In this document: in pieces, positions 1 to 6,262 of the stretch
How positions within the stretch are numbered: position 1 is the stretch's first letter
How the letters are laid out: every line of letters begins with the position of its first letter
NCBI GenBank assembly: GCA_964411615.1
Contig: CAYPLO010000038.1
Span: 4,065 to 16,519 of the forward strand
Length of the DNA: 12,455 bases
DNA from: an uncultured Aquificales bacterium
GTDB lineage: Bacteria > Thermosulfidibacterota > Thermosulfidibacteria > Thermosulfidibacterales > Thermosulfidibacteraceae
Direction: 5' to 3'
Program-made: the position numbers and the translations under genes
The notes under the pieces: generated by a model
The model's database searches: none
What the model was told of the DNA's origin: nothing
What the model saw: only the letters and a program-made list of their open reading frames with translations

Positions 1-84
1 AGAAGCCAGAGCCTTAGACAGGGTCACAACGCTGGCTCCCGTGCCTCCTCTACCCTTTATGGCCACAAGCTGGAGAACCCTCAA
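1..84 (-). CDS. 5' end of a probable glycosyltransferase family 4 (GT-B) protein, running off the left edge
   Basis: Translated by hand (not in the ORF track): TTG at 84 preceded by SD GGAGGTGG gives MRVLQLVAIKGRGGTGASVVTLSKALAS. This fits the 'M(R/K)VL...GG...V..L..AL' N-terminus typical of GT4 enzymes. Only 28 codons are visible. Confidence 0.6.
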   Translation of the reverse strand, partial: MRVLQLVAIKGRGGTGASVVTLSKALAS

Positions 85-102
85 AACCACCTCCAGCAGG
101 GC

Positions 103-131
103 CTTATAGCAGAAAGGGGCCCTTGACAAAA
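103..131 (-). promoter_or_regulatory. Putative extended -10 promoter for the GT4-like gene
   Basis: The minus strand reads TG-C-TATAAG (111..103). A weak -35 (TTTTGT) lies 17 nt upstream of the -10. Confidence 0.35.
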
Positions 132-151
132 CAAGGGAGGCTTTTTATCTT
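123..151 (+). promoter_or_regulatory. sigma70-type promoter for tRNA-Ser/ffs
   Basis: Perfect -35 TTGACA (123-128), 17-nt spacer, -10 TATCTT (146-151), ending 11 nt before the tRNA. Confidence 0.8.
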
Positions 152-162
152 CCCTTTCGGGT

Positions 163-255
163 GGAGAGGTGCCCGAGTGGACGAAGGGGCTCGACTGGAA
201 ATCGAGTGACCGGCCACAAGCCGGTCCGCGGGTTCGAATCCCGCCCTCTCCGCCA
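163..255 (+). tRNA. tRNA-Ser (anticodon GGA)
   Basis: Acceptor stem GGAGAGG/CCTCTCC, discriminator G and encoded CCA. Anticodon arm CTCGA-CT GGA AA-TCGAG, long variable arm GACCGGC-CACAA-GCCGGTC, T-loop GGTTCGAATCC. Confidence 0.97.
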
Positions 256-278
256 TGTTTTATTATCGAAAGAGACCT

Positions 279-387
279 GGTTGCTGTGGGGTCCTGTGCA
301 ACGGAGCCCCGTGAACCCCGCCAGGCCCGGAAGGGAGCAACGGTAAGCGGTGTGCTCCGTGTGCCGCAGGGTAGCCTCACAGCAACC
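279..387 (+). ncRNA. ffs: Bacterial small SRP RNA (4.5S RNA)
   Basis: Helix-8 signature CAGGCCCGGAAGGGAGCA. Long terminal helix GGTTGCTGTGGGG...CCTCACAGCAACC. Adjacent to tRNA-Ser, as is common for ffs. Confidence 0.95.
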
Positions 388-395
388 GATAGAAG

Positions 396-956
396 ATGGA
401 TAGATACAGGGAGCTGATAACCGTAGGAAGGGCCCTCTGGGAGGAGCATCTGGTAACCTCCCACGGTGGCAACCTCTCCCTTAGGCTGTCCCCCAATAAG
501 GCACTGATAACCAGAACCGGAGCCATGCTGGGATTCCTCAAAGAGAGCGACATAATTGAGGTCACCATACCATCCACAAGGGAGCAGTTCCCAAAGGCCT
601 CATCGGAGCTTGTGGTCCATTCAAGAATCTACGAGCTGACAGAGGCCCAGGCAGTGGTGCACGCCCATCCGCCAATCACGGTCTTTATATCCCTAAGCAG
701 CAGAGAGATAGCTCCCGAAGATGTGGAGGGTAAGCTGACCTTCAGCAGATGTCCCATCATAGAGGTGGAAAAGCCCCACGCGTCTGAAGAGATGGCAGAA
801 GCTGTGGCCTACCATCTCAAAAAGAACACCATTGTATGCGTAAGGGGACACGGAACCTTCGCACGGGGAAAAAGCCCCGAAGAGGCACTATTCTACACAT
901 CCTCCTTAGAATTCTCATCAAGGATACTCCTTCTGAAGCGGTTGACCTCTATGTGA
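396..956 (+). CDS. Class II aldolase/adducin family protein (FucA/MtnB-like, short form)
   Basis: Motifs GGNLS, ASSEL..H..IY, VVHAHP and VRGHG supply the phosphate-binding loop, catalytic Glu and three metal-binding His. The substrate cannot be determined. Confidence 0.9.
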   Translation: MDRYRELITVGRALWEEHLVTSHGGNLSLRLSPNKALITRTGAMLGFLKESDIIEVTIPSTREQFPKASSELVVHSRIYELTEAQAVVHAHPPITVFISLSSREIAPEDVEGKLTFSRCPIIEVEKPHASEEMAEAVAYHLKKNTIVCVRGHGTFARGKSPEEALFYTSSLEFSSRILLLKRLTSM

Positions 957-1591
957 GCAAGCCTTGTGGGCTCCGGCAACCTGTACCTGGTGCAGCAGTT
1001 GAGCACCAGCTCCACTGCATAATCCAGAGAGACCCTATGCCCAACGGATACATACACAGGTTTAACCCCGCTTCTGGTTCTCAACACCGCACCAACCACC
1101 CTGCCATGGTGGATTAGCGGAGCCACAGAGCCCCTCCCCTGAGCCGGCTCGTCATGCTCTCCAACCAGCCTGCTCTTGGCCACCCCCACAGAAGGGACAT
1201 CGTAGAGAACTCCTATGTGAGAGGCTATGCCGAATCTTCTGGGATGGGCTATGCCCTGGCCGTCAACCATAAAAAGGTCAGGTGTATGCTTAAGCTTCTC
1301 AAGGGCGGCCATGATTACAGGGGTCTCCCTGAAGGAGAGAAGCCCCGGTATGTAGGGAACCCTCACCTCACCCCTGGCGCAGGAGACCTCAACAAGCTGC
1401 AAATCAGGATAGGTGAGTACAACCACCGCAGCAAAGCCCACACTGGAGCCCTTTGATACGGAAACATCAATACCGGCTATGAGCCTTACGTAGGGCTCAC
1501 CCTCCTCCACCACCTTTGAGGCAAGCTCCTTCTGAAGCCTGACGGCCTCAGCAGGGGAGAGCTTCCAGGGGTGGCTGAGGAGAGGTTTCAA
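893..1591 (-). CDS. nfi: Endonuclease V (deoxyinosine 3'-endonuclease)
   Basis: Motifs [53 protein letters not shown] and [11 protein letters not shown]. The TTG start overlaps the purB stop. Confidence 0.97.
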   Translation of the reverse strand: MKPLLSHPWKLSPAEAVRLQKELASKVVEEGEPYVRLIAGIDVSVSKGSSVGFAAVVVLTYPDLQLVEVSCARGEVRVPYIPGLLSFRETPVIMAALEKLKHTPDLFMVDGQGIAHPRRFGIASHIGVLYDVPSVGVAKSRLVGEHDEPAQGRGSVAPLIHHGRVVGAVLRTRSGVKPVYVSVGHRVSLDYAVELVLNCCTRYRLPEPTRLAHIEVNRFRRSILDENSKEDV

Positions 1592-3012
1592 ACCCTCACC
1601 TCTTCAACCTCTTCAATAAGGTGAGTGTACCTGTTGAGGAGAGGTTCAACCTCAGTCTCCACGAACTCCAGAACCTGGGAGGGAGCCCTGCCTATAAAAC
1701 GGGAGGGGTCCATAAGCCTCTCCACCTGTTCCCTGTCAAGACCAAACTCAGGGTCTTCAGCTATCCTCTCAAGAAGCACAGGAGTCTCCCCTTCCTTCTC
1801 CCTCTGGGCCTCTTCAAAGGCGTATCTTCTTATCTTCTCGTGGAGACGCTGCCTGTCGCCACCCCGCTTAACCGCCTCCATAAGAATCTCCTCAACGGCC
1901 ACAAAGGGCAGCTTCTCCCTCAGTCTTTTCTCTATCACCTTGGGATAGACCACAAGCCCCTTAACCACGTTGATGGCAAGGATGAGAACCGCATCGGTGG
2001 CCATGAAGGCCTCTGGTATGGCTATCCTCCTTACGGCGGAATCGTCCAAAGTCCTCTCCATCCACTGGATGGAGGGTGTATACTCAAAGGTCTCAAGGTA
2101 TGCCATTATGAGCCTGGAAAGGGCACATATACGCTCACTCTTCATGGGGTTGCGCTTATAGGGCATGGCGGAGGAGCCTATCTGCCGTTTACCGAAGGGC
2201 TCCTCAAGCTCACCGAAGGACATGAGTATCCTTATATCCGTGGCCATCTTGTGGGCCGACTGGGCTATGCCCGAAAGCACCTGGGCCACCATAAAGTCCT
2301 GCTTTCTGGGGTAGGTCTGGCCCGTTATGATAAACCTCTTCTTAAACCCGAACTTTTCAGATACCAGCTCATCCAGCCGCCTCACCTTCTCCTCATCCCC
2401 GTCAAAGAGCTTGAGAAAGCTGTCCTGGGTGCCGGTGGTCCCCTTCACCCCCCTGAACCGGAGGTTATCAAGGGAAAACTCCAGATTCCTCAAGTCGTCC
2501 ACAAAATCCTGAAGCCACAGAGCAGCCCTCTTACCCACCGTGGTAGGCTGGGCAAACTGAAGATGGGTATAGCCGAGACACGGAAGGCTTCTATACTTAA
2601 GGGCGAACTCCTTGAGGCGGAATATTAGATTGACAAGCCTCTTAAGGATCACCCTCAGGGCATCCCTTATAAGAATAACATCTGTGTTGTCGGTCACATA
2701 ACAGCTTGTGGCACCGAGGTGGATTATGGGCCTTGCCTTGGGGCACTGCTCACCAAAGGCGTGAACATGGGCCATCACATCGTGTTTGAAGACCCTCTCA
2801 AGCTCCTTAGCCCTTTCAAGGTTGATATCGTCAAGATGGGCACGCATCTCCTCAAGCTGCTCCTCCGTTATGGGAAGCCCCAACTCCCTCTGGGCCTCCG
2901 CAAGGGCAAGCCAGAGCCTCCGCCAGGTACCAAACCTCTTTTTGGGCGAGAAGAGCTCAACCATCTCCTTAGAGGCGTACCTTTCAACCAGGGGATGCTC
3001 AAAGCTATCCAT
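1588..3012 (-). CDS. purB: Adenylosuccinate lyase
   Basis: Fumarase-superfamily signature [11 protein letters not shown], plus [14 protein letters not shown] and [15 protein letters not shown]. The start is placed at ATG 3012 ([12 protein letters not shown]), behind GGTGGAG, rather than at 3027. Confidence 0.97.
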   Translation of the reverse strand: MDSFEHPLVERYASKEMVELFSPKKRFGTWRRLWLALAEAQRELGLPITEEQLEEMRAHLDDINLERAKELERVFKHDVMAHVHAFGEQCPKARPIIHLGATSCYVTDNTDVILIRDALRVILKRLVNLIFRLKEFALKYRSLPCLGYTHLQFAQPTTVGKRAALWLQDFVDDLRNLEFSLDNLRFRGVKGTTGTQDSFLKLFDGDEEKVRRLDELVSEKFGFKKRFIITGQTYPRKQDFMVAQVLSGIAQSAHKMATDIRILMSFGELEEPFGKRQIGSSAMPYKRNPMKSERICALSRLIMAYLETFEYTPSIQWMERTLDDSAVRRIAIPEAFMATDAVLILAINVVKGLVVYPKVIEKRLREKLPFVAVEEILMEAVKRGGDRQRLHEKIRRYAFEEAQREKEGETPVLLERIAEDPEFGLDREQVERLMDPSRFIGRAPSQVLEFVETEVEPLLNRYTHLIEEVEEVRV

Positions 3013-3571
3013 GCTCCACCCTCTCAAGAATCATCTGTATCACACGGTTGAAGGGTTCCAATACACCCTCACCCTTGGTTGCAACGGACTCAAAATGCGG
3101 AACGCCCCATGGATTCAACTTTGCCTGCAGCTCATCAACAGGAAGGGCCCCTTCAACATCCCTCTTGTTGTACTGGATGACAAGGGGTAGGTAGTTTATA
3201 TCGAGCCCCACCTTCCTGCAGAACACCTCAAGCTCCTTAAGAGAGTCCAGATTCTCGCTAAGCTTATCGGGAGAGGAATCGGCCACGAACACCACCCCAT
3301 CGGTCCCGGAAAGCACAAGCCTCTTGCTCTCAGCATAGACTGCCTGTCCCGCAACCGTGTAGACAGAGGCGAGGACCTTTCTATCTCCAACATCCAGAGG
3401 AACCACTGCGTAGTCAAAAAAGACCGTTCTCTCCTCAACTCCCCTGAGCTCAACCATATCCTCCGCCGTTCCGTAATGAGCAATAAGCTGCCTAACGGTG
3501 GTGGTCTTACCGGAGGCACCTGGACCGTAGTAGACCACCTTCACCCTTATCCCGTATGGGGTGATTATCAT
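3005..3571 (-). CDS. MglA-like small Ras-family GTPase
   Basis: G1 [15 protein letters not shown]2 ERTVFFD (MglA DRTLFFD), G3 TVAGQ (MglA TVPGQ), [10 protein letters not shown]4 QYNKRD, G5 ESVA. Confidence 0.92.
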   Translation of the reverse strand: MIITPYGIRVKVVYYGPGASGKTTTVRQLIAHYGTAEDMVELRGVEERTVFFDYAVVPLDVGDRKVLASVYTVAGQAVYAESKRLVLSGTDGVVFVADSSPDKLSENLDSLKELEVFCRKVGLDINYLPLVIQYNKRDVEGALPVDELQAKLNPWGVPHFESVATKGEGVLEPFNRVIQMILERVEHG

Positions 3572-4350
3572 CTTCTCTTCTTGAGCCTGTCTATGGCGGA
3601 CTTAAGGGATATCCTCATCCTCTCAAGGGCCTCGGCCAGCGCGTCTATGTCGTCCCCGCCCTCCTCAAACTCTATCTGTGTATCAAGCTCTCCCAGGGAT
3701 ATGGCCTCCGCCTTCTCCCTGAGATACTCAAGTCTATCGGCTATATCCTTGCCCACAAGGGTTATGAGGGCCAGAGCTATGAGGACTATAAAGGCGGACA
3801 CCAGATTGGTCATAGCCACAAGCCTCTTCTGGGTCTTAACCACCACCTCAAAGGCGGTGGGCATAACCACAAAGATATGAGCGAGCCTGCCTCCGTAAAC
3901 CTTCCTGTGCAGAATAAAGACCTTTGAGTAATCGGCACCCTTGAACTTCACAGCCCCGGGCAGGTCGTAGAGAACCAGATGCTCATCTCCAGGCTCGTCC
4001 ATGAGCTTGATAAACTCAGGCTTTAGAAGAGTTAGAGCCTTTTTGTTCTTTGGAGCATAGGCGGCAAGGGTCCCATCTCCTTTATAGACCACCGCCATCA
4101 GTATGGAGAAGGGCTTTGAGAAGGTTGTGACTATGCTGTCTATGGCCGCTATGTCATTGGCAAGGAGGGGACTCTTCAGGGAAGTCTCCAGGCTTACGGC
4201 CATGTTACGGCCGCTCTCCTTTATCTGACGGGTCAGAACCTTAGTGTGGAACATAACCGCCATGGCTCCTATAACCAAGGAGACAACAACCACAGAACCC
4301 GCACTTATCAGCATAAGCTTCTGCCTTATACTAACCCTTCTCAGAAACAT
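3568..4350 (-). CDS. Two-TM membrane sensor with extracytoplasmic domain and C-terminal HAMP, no output domain
   Basis: TM1 [23 protein letters not shown], about 140 aa soluble region, TM2 [23 protein letters not shown] domain follows ([21 protein letters not shown]...[17 protein letters not shown]), ending at the stop. SD GGGGGTGAG. Confidence 0.88.
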   Translation of the reverse strand: MFLRRVSIRQKLMLISAGSVVVVSLVIGAMAVMFHTKVLTRQIKESGRNMAVSLETSLKSPLLANDIAAIDSIVTTFSKPFSILMAVVYKGDGTLAAYAPKNKKALTLLKPEFIKLMDEPGDEHLVLYDLPGAVKFKGADYSKVFILHRKVYGGRLAHIFVVMPTAFEVVVKTQKRLVAMTNLVSAFIVLIALALITLVGKDIADRLEYLREKAEAISLGELDTQIEFEEGGDDIDALAEALERMRISLKSAIDRLKKRR

Positions 4351-4359
4351 CTCACCCCC

Positions 4360-4908
4360 CTACTCCTTTAGTCCCCGCTCAATCTCTTCACGCAAAAGGT
4401 TAACAAGCTCATCTATACCAGCGGAAGGGGGAGCCTCCCCCACCCCATCGGCTTGGGACACCACATCCTCATCGGTCTTTTTAGAGAGGAATCCCGTGAC
4501 CACCTCCCTCATGCTCACTCCTTCAAGCAAAGGCTGCAATCTCTTTTTTATTTGAGCAACAGCAAGCTTCAGTACTCCCATCCTCACATCCCTGGTCCTG
4601 AATACGGCAAAGGCGAAGAACTGTTGGTTCAGCCTGAAGGAGAATACGGAGACCTCCTTTCCCTCAACAAGTAAAGTTGAGGCATCCTCAAGGCCCGATA
4701 GCCTGAAGAACTCCTTAACGGCGGCGAAGATACCTGCCATAAGGGCACCGAGGGGCTCAACGGGCATAGACTCCAGGGTTGAGGAGAAGACCACCTGACC
4801 GCTCACATGCACAAGCACAACGGCAGACACCTGGGTCTTTCCCCTGAAGTCCCTCAGGGCCGTCCTTATCTCCTCCGCCTGCTCCTTTGAGAAACCCAGA
4901 ATCTCCAT
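4360..4908 (-). CDS. Roadblock/LC7 (MglB-like) protein with C-terminal extension
   Basis: AVVLVHVSGQVV, LGALMAGIFAAVKEFFRLSG and AVFRTRDVRMGVLKL match the MglB pattern (LASL.AG..AA...LA.L.G; VIFD...LGLVRL). The start is ATG 4908 or TTG 4914. Confidence 0.88.
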   Translation of the reverse strand: MEILGFSKEQAEEIRTALRDFRGKTQVSAVVLVHVSGQVVFSSTLESMPVEPLGALMAGIFAAVKEFFRLSGLEDASTLLVEGKEVSVFSFRLNQQFFAFAVFRTRDVRMGVLKLAVAQIKKRLQPLLEGVSMREVVTGFLSKKTDEDVVSQADGVGEAPPSAGIDELVNLLREEIERGLKE

Positions 4909-4910
4909 AA

Positions 4911-5852
4911 TCAATCCCCCGAAAGGGCTTTAAAGAGAGGACTTAAAACATCCCTATTGGATACGGCCTCAGAAGCAGCCGCATAAGCAGCCCTTCTGGT
5001 CTCCCTGGATACCATAGAGGAGAGGCGCCTAAGAAGCTCCCCAGTTCCATCCAGCAACTCCCGGGGTGGGACCTCATCCCTTATCACCAGCCTATCACCA
5101 TCCACATAAACATCGGGGTCAAAGGGGTCCAGAAAGGGGTAATCTTCCGCAAGTTCAAGGGCCACCTTCTTTATATCTTTATGGGACACCTCCCTCAGAA
5201 ACTCGGGAAGCACAGAGTTAAAGAAGTTTACCAGCTCCTGGGTAAGCGAAGCGGAACCCTTTTCCCTAACCTGGGTTCCTTCAAAGGAGGACTCAACAAC
5301 GGATAGAAGGGCACTGGACGAAGAGTTGAGGGCATAAAACTCCTCCATAGCCCCTTCCCCCGTAAGGCTCCTGTCCGGGTCCTCGTACAGAAACTCAACA
5401 GGGTCACCAGAGAAGAAGAACCCCATAAACACAGCGCTTCTTTCAGGGTCCTCAACCACAACGGCACCGGTGAACTGGGCTTCTGAAAGCCTCTCCAGAA
5501 GCCTATCAACCTTCACCACATCAAAGGGGAACCCACTGAACCTGGGCTCCGCATCAACCACAGAGGCCAGAAGGCTAACCATCTCCTCGGGAAGGGAGTA
5601 TACGTTGAGGATACCGGACCTATCGCTGGAGGCCCTCTTCAAAAGATACCCCACAGGGTCGGTAGTCTCCGCATCACAGGTGGCCCCCACCACCTTGCCC
5701 CTCTCAAGGAATATAACCCCCGAGGCGTCCTCAAACTCCAGCTGTATATACCCGCTGAAGGACTCCTCCTCCAGCTCTTCAAGAAGACTATCAAGCCTGA
5801 CCACCTTTGTCTTCATCCCCCTGTAAAGGGGATTGCCCCTGGGTAACACCAT
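4911..5852 (-). CDS. Uncharacterised protein with two tandem DUF4388/PATAN-like repeats and a C-terminal YPFLDPF domain
   Basis: Two copies of 'L..LLE.L....F(S/T)G...(L/V)E......FL..G..V'. The start is reassigned to ATG 5852 (MVLPRGNPLY), behind strong SD GGAGGTGAGGGAG. The extra 65 codons in the ORF track run through the AT-rich intergenic region and the divergent gene. Confidence 0.75.
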   Translation of the reverse strand: MVLPRGNPLYRGMKTKVVRLDSLLEELEEESFSGYIQLEFEDASGVIFLERGKVVGATCDAETTDPVGYLLKRASSDRSGILNVYSLPEEMVSLLASVVDAEPRFSGFPFDVVKVDRLLERLSEAQFTGAVVVEDPERSAVFMGFFFSGDPVEFLYEDPDRSLTGEGAMEEFYALNSSSSALLSVVESSFEGTQVREKGSASLTQELVNFFNSVLPEFLREVSHKDIKKVALELAEDYPFLDPFDPDVYVDGDRLVIRDEVPPRELLDGTGELLRRLSSMVSRETRRAAYAAASEAVSNRDVLSPLFKALSGD

Positions 5853-5908
5853 CTCCCTCACCTCCCCAAGCTTTACATAAACAGCAAAGTCCGAAGGTAA
5901 GGCAAAAG

Positions 5909-5948
5909 TCAACTCTTGATAACAAAAAAATGTTCGTTTAAGAGTTGA
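5909..5948. repeat. Inverted repeat in the divergent intergenic region
   Basis: Perfect 9-bp arms TCAACTCTT (5909-5917) and AAGAGTTGA (5940-5948), separated by 22 nt. The spacer contains a further AACA/TGTT pair around an A-tract. Confidence 0.7.
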
Positions 5949-5951
5949 GCT

Positions 5952-6221
5952 ATGAAGGATGGGCTGAGCATTCCGGAAGATTTCTGGACGGAGCTGGACA
6001 GAATCCTCAAAAGGTACACGGGGATAGTGGGAGAGCTGCTCCTGCAAGAGGCCCTACAGTCCATGGGGAAGAACGGGAAAGAGGAAGTGCTCATCACAGA
6101 GGCACCTGTGCTGCTTGAAAGACTGCTTTACGAGCTTAACAAGATAGCATCTCCCGCCTTCTTCAAGAGGTTCAAAAGGGATGTGATAAAGCTCTTCAAC
6201 GAAACCTTCACATCACTCTAA
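5952..6221 (+). CDS. Small alpha-helical hypothetical protein (89 aa)
   Basis: It fills the gap between the divergent intergenic region and the hppA terminator. Codon usage matches the neighbouring genes and the sequence has an amphipathic helical pattern (FWTELDRILKRYTGIVGELLLQEALQSMG). Confidence 0.75.
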   Translation: MKDGLSIPEDFWTELDRILKRYTGIVGELLLQEALQSMGKNGKEEVLITEAPVLLERLLYELNKIASPAFFKRFKRDVIKLFNETFTSL

Positions 6222-6222
6222 C

Positions 6223-6250
6223 AAAAAAGCCGGCGGACAGAGCCGCCGGC
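6223..6250 (-). terminator. Intrinsic terminator downstream of hppA (possibly bidirectional)
   Basis: Stem GCCGGCGG (6229-6236) / CCGCCGGC (6243-6250) with a 6-nt loop. The A6 at 6223-6228 is a U-tract on the minus strand. It lies between convergent genes. Confidence 0.85.
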
Positions 6251-6262
6251 CTCTCTCACCAA

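Noticed and set aside
230..278. tRNA 3' end as a prophage/island attachment site
   Set aside because: No duplicated tRNA 3' end, integrase or compositional shift was seen in the window.
81..464. Short ORFs (81..464 -, 161..346 +, 169..417 +)
   Set aside because: They overlap tRNA-Ser and SRP RNA and are spurious translations of structured RNA genes.
1621..2628. 335-aa plus-strand ORF
   Set aside because: It is the antisense shadow of purB, with Leu/His/Pro-rich composition and no recognisable motif.
5880..5912. GCAAA/GGCAAAA words reminiscent of a c-di-GMP-I riboswitch
   Set aside because: The paired P2 GNRA stem and P3 receptor architecture could not be built from the sequence.
5853..6047. 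65-codon N-terminal extension of the 4911..6047 ORF
   Set aside because: It crosses the AT-rich intergenic region and the divergent gene, while a strong SD supports ATG 5852.
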